A stretch of 64,000 bases of DNA from Woeseiaceae bacterium (GTDB lineage Bacteria > Pseudomonadota > Gammaproteobacteria > Steroidobacterales > Woeseiaceae): assembly GCA_965224645.1 (NCBI GenBank), contig OZ245053.1, positions 3,350,881-3,414,880 on the forward strand, in the 5' to 3' direction. Below are positions 9,487-18,256 of the stretch, in pieces. A program made the translations under genes and the position numbers. Numbering within the stretch: the first letter of the stretch is position 1; each line of letters begins with the position of its first letter. The notes under the pieces are model-generated. The model was given only the letters and a program-made list of their open reading frames with translations, was not told where the DNA came from and searched no databases.

Positions 9487-10857
9487 ATGAGCGGGCTTCC
9501 ACAAGGTGAGAAGACATGGTCTTCCCCGACCTCATTCATTCTGGCCGCCGTGGGCGCGGCTGTTGGGCTCGGCAACATCTGGAAGTTCCCCTACGTCGTC
9601 GGTAGCAACGGCGGCGGCATCTTTGTCGCGGTTTATCTGCTCTGCATATTGTTCGTTGCATTGCCGGTCCTGATTGGTGAACTCATGGTGGGTCGCATGG
9701 GCCACCACAGTCCGCCGGTTGCGCTGAGACGTGTTGCGGTCGAGGTCGGCGCGTCGCCAAGGTGGTCTGCGCTAGGGTGGGTTGGCGTTGCCGGCAGTCT
9801 TCTGATCGCGACGTTTTATTCGGTCATTTCCGGTTGGACTATCGCCTACGTTCCGATTGCCGTTAAGAGCTTTGGTAGCCAGGAGGGCATTGCCGCCCCG
9901 GAGCTGTTTGCAGAGTTTCTCGCCGATCCGGCGCGCATGGTGGTCTGGTACACGGCCTTCCTTGTGATGACAATGGTGATCATCGCGCGCGGGCTGCATA
10001 AGGGGATCGAGTCGACAATCAGGTTTCTGATGCCCGCGTTGCTCATATTGCTGCTGGGCTTGACTACCTACGCTTGTGTAGCGGGCGATTTGGTCCAAAC
10101 CCTGAGTTACATGTTCAGTGCCCAGTTCTCTGCCGTTACCCCAAGTATCGTATCGGCTGCGGTAGGGCAGGCGTTCTTCTCTATTGGACTTGCGGCCGGA
10201 CTAATGATGACGTACGGGGCGTATCTGCCAAAGGATGTGTCAGTAGCACGTTCTGCAGTAATCATCGTTGTTGCCGACACGCTGATTGCGCTAATGGCAG
10301 GATTTCTGATCTTTCCGATCGTTTTTGCGAACGGGCTGGACCCGGCTGAGGGCCCTGGGCTAATTTTCGTGACATTGCCTACGGCGTTCGTGTCGATGCA
10401 GGGCGGGGCGTTTTTCGGCGTGCTGTTCTTCGCGCTGCTCGCCGTTGCGGCACTCACATCACTGATCGGCGCGATCGAGCCGACTATCTCTTACACGGAA
10501 GACCGGTGGGCAATGCCACGGGCCGTCAGTTGCTCTATCGTCGGGTTCCTGATCTGGCTTGTCGGCCTGCTCTCGGTCTTTTCCTTCAACCTGTTGAGTG
10601 ATTTCCACCCTCTAGCATGGTTCGCTGCATTCGAAGAGACCACGGTTTTTGGTCTGTTCGACTACCTGACAGCCAACGTGATGCTGCCAATCGGCGGTGT
10701 ACTTCTTGCCACCTTTGTGGGCTGGAGGATGCCGAAGTTGGTATTGTGGCGGGAGTTGGCGATCAGCGAAGGCGTGATGGCGCGTATCTGGCTCTTCTTG
10801 ATTCGGTATGTCGCGCCCATCGGAATCGCCATAATGTTCGTCAGCAACCTGGCCTAG
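9487..10857 (+). CDS. Sodium-dependent transporter, neurotransmitter:sodium symporter (NSS/SNF) family
   Basis: GLGNIWKFPYVVGSNGGGIFVAVYLLCILFVALPVLIGELMVGR is the NSS TM1-TM2 signature, and about 11-12 hydrophobic segments follow. The internal ATG 9487 (MSGLPQGEK) is preferred over 9451, which overlaps soxG. Confidence 0.85.
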   Translation: MSGLPQGEKTWSSPTSFILAAVGAAVGLGNIWKFPYVVGSNGGGIFVAVYLLCILFVALPVLIGELMVGRMGHHSPPVALRRVAVEVGASPRWSALGWVGVAGSLLIATFYSVISGWTIAYVPIAVKSFGSQEGIAAPELFAEFLADPARMVVWYTAFLVMTMVIIARGLHKGIESTIRFLMPALLILLLGLTTYACVAGDLVQTLSYMFSAQFSAVTPSIVSAAVGQAFFSIGLAAGLMMTYGAYLPKDVSVARSAVIIVVADTLIALMAGFLIFPIVFANGLDPAEGPGLIFVTLPTAFVSMQGGAFFGVLFFALLAVAALTSLIGAIEPTISYTEDRWAMPRAVSCSIVGFLIWLVGLLSVFSFNLLSDFHPLAWFAAFEETTVFGLFDYLTANVMLPIGGVLLATFVGWRMPKLVLWRELAISEGVMARIWLFLIRYVAPIGIAIMFVSNLA

Positions 10858-10903
10858 AACAGTGGGCCCATAATCGAAATTCGCGCGGTAACGGAGCAAT
10901 CTC

Positions 10904-11452
10904 TTGGATCATGGCGACATAGGTAAACGCATCAGGGAACTGAGAAAATCTTACGGCTATTCGCAACGGGAGTTGGCGGCACGAGCGGGCCTTACGCATG
11001 GCGCGATTTCGTTCATCGAGCGCGACAAGATAAGCCCCTCAGTAGGAAATCTTCGCAAGATCCTGGACGCGTTCTCGGTAACGTTGTCCGACTTCTTTTC
11101 CGGGGAGCCGATATCGCGTGGCAAAGTCTTCTTTCGCAAAGAGGACCTGGTTGAAGTCGGTGGCGGAGGAATCTCCCTCCTGCAGGTAGGTGAGGATCTG
11201 CATGATCGGCCATTGCAGATTCTGTCCGAACATTATGAGGTGGGGGCTGAAACGGCATCAGAGCCCTATAGCCACCAGGGGTATGAGGGAGGCATTGTCA
11301 TCAGCGGATCCATCGAAGTTACGGTTGGCGGCGAGACAGAAACGCTCGGACCCGGTGACGCCTATCTTTTTTCCAGCCGGATTCCGCACCGGTTCCACAA
11401 CCCTGGTCCCGACACGGCCGTCGTGGTGAGCGTCAATACGCCGCCAATCTAG
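10904..11452 (+). CDS. XRE-family HTH transcriptional regulator with C-terminal cupin sensor domain
   Basis: The N-terminal IGKRIRELRKSYGYSQRELAARAGLTHGAISFIERDK is an HTH_3 domain. The C-terminal GGIVISGSIEVTVGGETETLGPGDAYLFSSRIPHRFHN is a cupin fold. Confidence 0.85.
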   Translation: MDHGDIGKRIRELRKSYGYSQRELAARAGLTHGAISFIERDKISPSVGNLRKILDAFSVTLSDFFSGEPISRGKVFFRKEDLVEVGGGGISLLQVGEDLHDRPLQILSEHYEVGAETASEPYSHQGYEGGIVISGSIEVTVGGETETLGPGDAYLFSSRIPHRFHNPGPDTAVVVSVNTPPI

Positions 11453-12489
11453 ATCGAGGCAGAACTGACCTCACTACCCCCGAAACGATCGCAGATCGAG
11501 TCGACAATCAGCGACATGCCATTGCGTACCGGGTCTGCCGCTGGTACGCCAAGCTCGACGCTCGCCGCATCGAGGAGTCGGGCCGCTTCATCGGGTCCGA
11601 GTTGGCTGGTATTGATGCTGGCACCGACGATCGTTACCTCGGGATTCGTAAGTCGCGCTGCCGCCAGTGAAGATTGTGCTGTCTCAGTTAGCGTCGGGAG
11701 CGGCAGGTCTTCGAAATCCGAATTGCGTTCACGGCCTGCCTCGTGGCACAGCACCAGGGCGTCCGGCTGCGAACCGTGCAGAAGTCCCAGCGAGACGCCC
11801 GCGTATGCCGGGTGAAACAACGAGCCCTGTCCTTCGACAATATCCCAGTGATCCGGATCGTTGTCCGGTGAGAGCATCTCGGCCGAACTGGCGATAAAGT
11901 CCGAAACAACGGCATCGATTGGTATGCCCGACCCGGCGATCAGTATCCCCGTCTGACCCGTCGCTCGGAAGTCTGCGTTGATATCCCGGGAGCGCATTTC
12001 CTTCTCGATGGCGAGAGCCGTGTACATCTTGCCAACGCAGCAATCCGTACCTACTGTCAACAATCGCATTCCGCTACGCCTGCGATGCGTTGCCGCCTTG
12101 TATTTGTGTTGGATGCTGCGGAGCTCATGAATACGCCCGCCACCGACTACGGCCGCTTGCTGGAGGTCCGAGTCTTGCTGCAATGAGTCATGCAGGCCAT
12201 TGGCGATATCCATTCCACACTCCAGCGCGGAGACGAGGATTTCTTTCCAGTCAGCTGCAAGCTGTCCGCCTGCCGGGGCTACTCCGATGACCAGCGTTCG
12301 GATGCCGTTCGCGGCCGCTTCTTCAATTGAAAGATCCGGGAACCCCAGATCGACCTGGCAGCCGGGCAGGCGCAGCTGTGCAGCACACGAGTTCGGTCGC
12401 CAGTGCGCAATTCCGCAGGCCGTCTTGGCGTCGATCAGCGATTTCGCGTCGCCCAGGAATAGCAGGTAGGGTTGCTTCAGGTCGTGCAC
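11449..12489 (-). CDS. DUF1611-family protein (DgcN-like putative D-amino-acid N-acetyltransferase)
   Basis: 346 aa. The N-terminus MHDLKQPYLLFLGDAKSLIDAKTACGIAHWRP and the later CVGKMYTALA P-loop-like segment match my memory of DUF1611 (PF07755) proteins. It is divergent from an enolase-superfamily epimerase operon, as in the described dgcN-dgcA pairs. Confidence 0.7.
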   Translation of the reverse strand: MHDLKQPYLLFLGDAKSLIDAKTACGIAHWRPNSCAAQLRLPGCQVDLGFPDLSIEEAAANGIRTLVIGVAPAGGQLAADWKEILVSALECGMDIANGLHDSLQQDSDLQQAAVVGGGRIHELRSIQHKYKAATHRRRSGMRLLTVGTDCCVGKMYTALAIEKEMRSRDINADFRATGQTGILIAGSGIPIDAVVSDFIASSAEMLSPDNDPDHWDIVEGQGSLFHPAYAGVSLGLLHGSQPDALVLCHEAGRERNSDFEDLPLPTLTETAQSSLAAARLTNPEVTIVGASINTSQLGPDEAARLLDAASVELGVPAADPVRNGMSLIVDSICDRFGGSEVSSASI

Positions 12490-12739
12490 AGGTCGGGCCT
12501 TGGTGATCGGCGCTTCTGCATCGATGATGGCCAGAGCGCCGGGTTGAGACGTGGTTAAAAAAATAACCTAGGGGCTTCTGGAAGTAAAGGTGGAGCTCGC
12601 CGGCTCCCTTTGTATAGGGGTAATCTGTTCCCATAGGCCTTGCTGCGCAGGCTGTTTTCCGGTAAATAAAATATACATTCTGTTTCCACGGAAACGACCT
12701 TCTCAGCCAGCCCGATCCAGACGTCCCAAAGGCGAATGC

Positions 12740-13765
12740 ATGTCTGATATTTTCGACCACCCGAGCTTCGACGATCACGAAAACGTCTGCTTTGTCAGTG
12801 ACCCGAAGGCCGGCCTTCACGGAATCATTGCGATTCACCGTTACGGCGAATTTTCTGCTGGCGGAATTCGCATGCAGCCATACGCGGATACAGCTGCGGC
12901 ACTGACGGACGTCTTGCGCCTGAGTCGCGCAATGTCCTACAAGCTGGCTGTCGCAGGACTACCTGCCGGAGGAGCCAAGTCGGTAATCATTGGCGATCCC
13001 GCAACCGACAAATCGCCGGAGTTGCTCGCTGCATTTGCGCGAGCGGTCGAGAAGCTTGGCGGGACTTATCATTGCGGCGCAGATGTCGGGATTAATGCTG
13101 ATGACATGTCAGTAATCGGCCAGTACACCGAGTACACGCCGCCGGCAGAATTCGGAGACTTGTCCATTCCAACCGCACAGGGTGTATTCCATGGGATACG
13201 AGCCGGAGTCAAATGGGCATTGCAACGTGAATCTCTGAAAGACGTTTCTGTTGCGGTACAGGGGCTTGGTCAGGTCGGATCGCGGCTCTGCGAGATGCTG
13301 TCAGACGCCGGGTGCAAACTTACTATCACGGACGTCGATTCGACGCGCTGCAAGGCGGTTGCTGAGGCGACCGGCGCTATCGTTGTCGACGTGGACGAAA
13401 TCTTGTCTGCGAGTGTAGACGTACTGAGTCCCTGCGCTCTCGGCTCGGTACTGTCCGCCGAAACAATCTCTGCGGTAAACGCACGGGTCATTTGCGGCGC
13501 CGCCAACAACCAGCTGGCCACACCTGATGTTGCAAACCTGCTTGCCGAAAACAACATTGTGTATGTGCCGGATTTCGTTGCGAATGCCGGCGGAGTCATA
13601 GGCGGATTGGGCGTTGACCTCAATTACAGCCAGGCAGAGAAGGATGCCCGGATCGAGGGGATCTATGACAGCGCGCTCAAGATCCTTGACAGCGCCGCGA
13701 CGTCGGGAAGTACAACCAACGAAGCGGCTGAAGAATTGGCGCGCGAGGTCCTCGCCGACACGTGA
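12740..13765 (+). CDS. Leucine/phenylalanine/valine dehydrogenase (Glu/Leu/Phe/Val dehydrogenase family)
   Basis: The internal ATG 12740 gives MSDIFDHPSFDDHENVCFVSDPKAGLHGIIAIH. The catalytic-Lys block AGLPAGGAKSVIIGDP, the NAD fold VAVQGLGQVGSRL and the C-terminal YVPDFVANAGGVI align closely with LeuDH/PheDH. The upstream 50 codons of the track ORF are rejected as Cys/Pro-rich with no homology. Confidence 0.85.
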   Translation: MSDIFDHPSFDDHENVCFVSDPKAGLHGIIAIHRYGEFSAGGIRMQPYADTAAALTDVLRLSRAMSYKLAVAGLPAGGAKSVIIGDPATDKSPELLAAFARAVEKLGGTYHCGADVGINADDMSVIGQYTEYTPPAEFGDLSIPTAQGVFHGIRAGVKWALQRESLKDVSVAVQGLGQVGSRLCEMLSDAGCKLTITDVDSTRCKAVAEATGAIVVDVDEILSASVDVLSPCALGSVLSAETISAVNARVICGAANNQLATPDVANLLAENNIVYVPDFVANAGGVIGGLGVDLNYSQAEKDARIEGIYDSALKILDSAATSGSTTNEAAEELAREVLADT

Positions 13766-14775
13766 TGAACGCCAGGCATACTATAGGGTCCTGCCGGATG
13801 GGTCTTCGGATGGAGCGCTGGGCGGCGCGCAAACCGTTTCGAATCGCGGGGCAGAGCTACGACTACTTTGATGTATTGGTGGTAGAAATCGCCAGGGCCG
13901 GGCACGTTGGACGAGGTGAATCGCTGGGCGTGGACTACCTCGGGGAGTCGGTGGGTTCGATGACCGCGCAGCTCGAATCAATCTGGGCTGAACTCGAAGC
14001 AGGGATCAGCCGCGAGGAGTTGCAGGAAGTGTTGCCGTCCGGCGGCGCACGCTGTGCTGTCGACTGCGCGATGTGGGACCTTGAAGCGAAGGAGACCGGC
14101 GTATCGGTGTTTGAACGCGCTGGTGTAAGCGCCGAGGCGCTGGCGACGGTCTTCACTCTGGGTGTGGAGAACGAGGTGGCAGACGTTCGTGCGGCGGCCG
14201 TCAGCGATCCGGCGAGCCAGCATGCCGCTCTCAAGATTAAAGTCGATGCCGAAAACCCGGTCGCCGTAATCGAGGCAATACGAAGCGTGCGTCCAGATGC
14301 TGATCTTGTCGTTGATGCGAACCAGAGCTGGACGCCGGAGATGCTACGTGAGTTTGCGCCTCACCTTGGCAGGCTTAGCGTGTCAATGCTGGAGCAGCCC
14401 CTGCCCCGCGATGGCGACGAAGCGCTTGAAGACTTCGATTCGAATCTGCTGATATGCGCAGACGAATCCTGCCAGGACAGTTCAGAGATACCTGCGATCA
14501 TGAACCGGTACGGTGCTGTCAATATCAAGCTCGACAAGTCCGGAGGTTTGACTGAAGGGCTCAAAATGGTCAATGAGGCTCGGCGCGCGGGCCTCGGGCT
14601 CATGGTCGGCAATATGTGTGGTACCTCGCTGGCCATGGCACCAGCGTTCGTCATTGGCCAATATTGTGAGTTCATCGATCTCGACGGTCCATTGCTGAAT
14701 CGCTACGATCGCGAGCCGGCCATGCAATACCGTGCCGGACAGATTCACGCGCCTTCGGCGCAGCTCTGGGGTTAA
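13762..14775 (+). CDS. Enolase-superfamily racemase/epimerase, dipeptide-epimerase subgroup (DgcA-like)
   Basis: The catalytic pattern is ALKIKVD (KxK), VDANQSW (metal Asp), LEQP (Glu), ADES (Asp) and NIKLDKSGG (second Lys). The start overlaps the dehydrogenase stop (GTGATGA). Confidence 0.8.
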   Translation: MMNARHTIGSCRMGLRMERWAARKPFRIAGQSYDYFDVLVVEIARAGHVGRGESLGVDYLGESVGSMTAQLESIWAELEAGISREELQEVLPSGGARCAVDCAMWDLEAKETGVSVFERAGVSAEALATVFTLGVENEVADVRAAAVSDPASQHAALKIKVDAENPVAVIEAIRSVRPDADLVVDANQSWTPEMLREFAPHLGRLSVSMLEQPLPRDGDEALEDFDSNLLICADESCQDSSEIPAIMNRYGAVNIKLDKSGGLTEGLKMVNEARRAGLGLMVGNMCGTSLAMAPAFVIGQYCEFIDLDGPLLNRYDREPAMQYRAGQIHAPSAQLWG

Positions 14776-14785
14776 GGTCGATCGT

Positions 14786-17700
14786 ATGTCCGAAGCCTCT
14801 CCGAGCATTCGCGATGTCAAGCTGACCGATCGTTACGATGCGCAGGTCGGTACGGTTTTGTTGTCCGGCATGCAGGCACTGGTGAGGTTGCCACTGCTGC
14901 AAAAGCAGCGCGACCTGGCCGCCGGACTCAACACGGCAGGATTTATTTCCGGGTATCGCGGCTCGCCGGTCGGCAGCTATGACCTTCAGTTGAACGCGGC
15001 AAAAAAATGGCTTGATTCAAGTGATATCACGTTCCGGCCGGGCCTGAATGAGGACCTTGCGGCAACAGCGATCTGGGGTACTCAGCAGTCTACCTCATTG
15101 CCCGGAGCCAGGTACGACGGCGTGTTCTCAATTTGGTACGGCAAGGGTCCCGGCGTAGATCGATCCGGCGATGCGTTCCGTCATGGCAACCGATTCGGTG
15201 CCTCGGAGCATGGCGGTGTCGTTCTGGTCGTCGGCGACGATCATCCCGGAAAGTCGTCAACCGTTGCACATCAAAGTGATCAGGCACTGGCGGCTAACGA
15301 TATTCCGGTTCTTTATCCGGCGACTGTTCAGGAGTACATCGACTTCGGCCTGCACGGTTTCGGTCTTTCACGTTTCTCCGCGCTTTGGGTGGGGTTGAAG
15401 TGCGTCAATGAAACCGCGGATTGCACGGCGACTGTCGCTTTGCCAGAGGGCTTCAGTATCGAGCTCCCCGAGTTGGATGAGAGTACCAGCGAAAACCTTC
15501 GAGGGGCCATGTCGGTGGATGCACTGGGCGACGAGATTCGCGTGCAACAGCATCGGTTGGTCGCAGCAAAGGCCTATGCGAGAGCGAATGACCTCGACCG
15601 GGTGACGTTGGGGGGAGGGAAGAGCAAGGTAGGCATTGTAACGACGGGCAAGTCATGGTGCGACGTTGTATCGGCACTGAAGTTGCTCGGCATCGATTCA
15701 TCCCGAGCTGCCAAGCTGGGGCTCAGCGTCTACAAGGTCGGCCTGGTATGGCCGCTCGAGGAAACGGGGTTAGAGTCGTTTGCCGCGAACTGCGAGGAAC
15801 TGTTGTTCGTAGAGGAAAAGCGCGCCTTTATCGAACATCAGGCGGCACACATTCTGTTTAACAATCGCAGTGGTCGACGTCCGGCCCTCGTTGGCAAGCA
15901 AGATGAAGATGGGAATGCCTTGTTCTCGTCAGCAGAGCAACTTGCCATTGAACAGATCGCGATCGTGATTGGCGGTCGATTGCAGCGACGTGGAACGGTT
16001 GATGACGAACTGCGCGAAAGCATCGATCGATTGGAAAGTGACCGAAATCTGGCGAAGCCGTTGGGCGCTGGCTTGCCGATCCGGACGCCCTATTTCTGCT
16101 CTGGTTGTCCACACAACACGTCGACAAAAGTACCGGATGGCAGTGTCGCGATGTCAGGAATCGGCTGTCACACGATGGCGCTCTTCATGAATCGCGATAC
16201 GTTGCCGCCAACGCAGATGGGAGGCGAGGGAGCTAACTGGATCGGGATTGCCCCGCACACCAGCATGCATCACGTATTTCAGAATCTGGGTGATGGAACC
16301 TACAACCACTCGGGCCTGATGGCGATACGGGCATCGGTCGCCGCGGGCGTCAACATCACCTACAAGATCCTCTACAACGATGCCGTTGCGATGACCGGAG
16401 GGCAGCCTGTCGAGGGAGTGCTGACGGTTCCCGATATCGTTGCGCAGCTTAAGGCGGAGTCCGTAGAACGTGTCGCCGTCATCTATGCCGATGAGCCCGA
16501 TGATCGGGTTCGCCGGCTACGAGGAAAAGGCGTCACGATCGATGACCGCAGTGAGCTCGACCGGCTGCAGCGCGAATTGCGCGAAGTGGAAGGTGTGTCT
16601 GCGATAATTTTTGACCAGACCTGCGCGGCTGAGAAGCGCCGGCGGCGCAAACGCAAGCTGTATCCCGACCCACCCAAGCGGGCATTCATTAACTCGGCAG
16701 TTTGCGAGGGATGTGGTGATTGTTCGGCCAAGGCCAACTGCATCTCTATCGTCCCCGAGGAGACTCGGCTTGGTCGCAAGCGCAAGATCGACCAGTCAAG
16801 TTGCAACAAGGACTACAGCTGTGTGACGGGATTTTGCCCGTCATTCGTGACCGTTCATGGTGGCGACCTGCGCAAGCCCGATAAGGACACCGGCACCGTC
16901 GATGTAAGTCGGTTCGATATGCCTGAGCCGGTAAGCCTGTCCATAGACGATACTTACAATGTGCTCATCACGGGAATTGGCGGGACCGGTGTTACAACGA
17001 TCAGCGCCATTTTGGCGATGGCGGCGCACCTGGAGGGCAAGGCAGTTTCCGCATATGACATGACGGGGCTGGCGCAAAAAGGAGGGGCGGTCCAGAGTCA
17101 TCTGCGCATTAGCTGCGACTCATCGATCAAGGATGCGGCCAGGATTGGTGTTGGGCAGGCGGACCTCCTGATCGGTTGTGATCCGCTTGTCACCAGTAGC
17201 GATGACGCGGGCCGGACGATCTCAAGTACAAATACTTACGTGCTTCTGAATAACCATACGACACCGACCGGTGCGTTCCAGCTGAATCCCGATATTGATT
17301 TCGCGAATGCCGCCGTATTGTCTGCCGTGAGTGAGGCTACCGCACAGAACCGGCTCTTCACGGTCGAGGCAACGCAGATCGCGGAGCGCATACTGGGTAA
17401 CTCCATTGGCGCCAACATGATCATGTTGGGTTATGCACTGCAGAAAGGCGTGTTGCCCATTGGACGGGCAGCTGTCGGGAGGGCGGTCGAACTCAATGGC
17501 GTTGCTGTTGCGGCGAACAAGGCCGCCATCGAGATCGGCCGAGTTTTGGCGTGGGAGCCCGAGCACATAGCGTCAGAGCACCGTGCGCTGGTCGACACAG
17601 AGGAGTCTCTGCACGACATCGTCGAGTATCGGGTCAATTGGTTGACTGACTATCAAAATGCCGCGCTCGGAGAACACTATCGCGAGGTTATTGACTCGAC

Positions 17701-18256
17701 GTCGAAGCAAGTGGGCAAGAAGCTCCAGTCTACAGATGCTTTGTCGAAGGCGATCGCCAGGAACTATTTCAGACTATTGGCCTACAAAGACGAGTACGAG
17801 GTGGCACGACTTTATAGTACTCCTGAATATCGGCAGAGGTTGAGGTCAACGTTCGAGGGCAACTACAAGCTGCGGCTGCACTTCGCTGCACCCATTCTGT
17901 CCCGACGGGATAAGGAGTCTGGCGAGCTGCAGAAGATCAGTGTAGGTGGCTGGGTGTTTCCAATCTTGTCATTGCTATCGAAGCTGAAGTTCCTGCGTGG
18001 GACGCCGTTAGATGTTTTCGGCTACACGAGGGAACGTCGGGACGAACGGGCCCTGATCGGGATGTACCAGTCGGTTATCGACTCCATTTGCAGGAACGTA
18101 TCAGTTGCTAATGTGGAATTGGCGACACAAGTGGCCAGGGTACCGGAAACCATTCGAGGCTTTGGCCACGTCAAGGAACGTAATCGAGTTGCAGGCGTCG
18201 AGCGCATGGCTGCGTTGCTGGCGGAACTCGAAGAATCGGAGAGAAACATATGTTGA
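14786..18256 (+). CDS. Indolepyruvate:ferredoxin oxidoreductase family protein (fused IorA-IorB, 2-oxoacid:ferredoxin oxidoreductase)
   Basis: About 1156 aa. The N-terminus KLTDRYDAQVGTVLLSGMQALVRLPLLQKQRDLAAGLNTAGFISGYRGSPVG is typical of proteobacterial fused IOR. There is a TPP-binding region GDGTYNHSG and a 4Fe-4S Cys cluster CEGCGDCSAKANC...CNKDYSCVTGFCPSF. The internal ATG 14786 is preferred. Confidence 0.85.
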   Translation: MSEASPSIRDVKLTDRYDAQVGTVLLSGMQALVRLPLLQKQRDLAAGLNTAGFISGYRGSPVGSYDLQLNAAKKWLDSSDITFRPGLNEDLAATAIWGTQQSTSLPGARYDGVFSIWYGKGPGVDRSGDAFRHGNRFGASEHGGVVLVVGDDHPGKSSTVAHQSDQALAANDIPVLYPATVQEYIDFGLHGFGLSRFSALWVGLKCVNETADCTATVALPEGFSIELPELDESTSENLRGAMSVDALGDEIRVQQHRLVAAKAYARANDLDRVTLGGGKSKVGIVTTGKSWCDVVSALKLLGIDSSRAAKLGLSVYKVGLVWPLEETGLESFAANCEELLFVEEKRAFIEHQAAHILFNNRSGRRPALVGKQDEDGNALFSSAEQLAIEQIAIVIGGRLQRRGTVDDELRESIDRLESDRNLAKPLGAGLPIRTPYFCSGCPHNTSTKVPDGSVAMSGIGCHTMALFMNRDTLPPTQMGGEGANWIGIAPHTSMHHVFQNLGDGTYNHSGLMAIRASVAAGVNITYKILYNDAVAMTGGQPVEGVLTVPDIVAQLKAESVERVAVIYADEPDDRVRRLRGKGVTIDDRSELDRLQRELREVEGVSAIIFDQTCAAEKRRRRKRKLYPDPPKRAFINSAVCEGCGDCSAKANCISIVPEETRLGRKRKIDQSSCNKDYSCVTGFCPSFVTVHGGDLRKPDKDTGTVDVSRFDMPEPVSLSIDDTYNVLITGIGGTGVTTISAILAMAAHLEGKAVSAYDMTGLAQKGGAVQSHLRISCDSSIKDAARIGVGQADLLIGCDPLVTSSDDAGRTISSTNTYVLLNNHTTPTGAFQLNPDIDFANAAVLSAVSEATAQNRLFTVEATQIAERILGNSIGANMIMLGYALQKGVLPIGRAAVGRAVELNGVAVAANKAAIEIGRVLAWEPEHIASEHRALVDTEESLHDIVEYRVNWLTDYQNAALGEHYREVIDSTSKQVGKKLQSTDALSKAIARNYFRLLAYKDEYEVARLYSTPEYRQRLRSTFEGNYKLRLHFAAPILSRRDKESGELQKISVGGWVFPILSLLSKLKFLRGTPLDVFGYTRERRDERALIGMYQSVIDSICRNVSVANVELATQVARVPETIRGFGHVKERNRVAGVERMAALLAELEESERNIC

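Noticed and set aside
9451-14785. Upstream-extended starts given by the ORF track (9451, 12590, 14732; also 4666, 31007, 47203, 48474, 57603)
   Set aside because: The extensions overlap the preceding gene or a terminator hairpin. They encode Arg/Cys-rich segments absent from the protein families. Internal ATGs give canonical N-termini or signal peptides.
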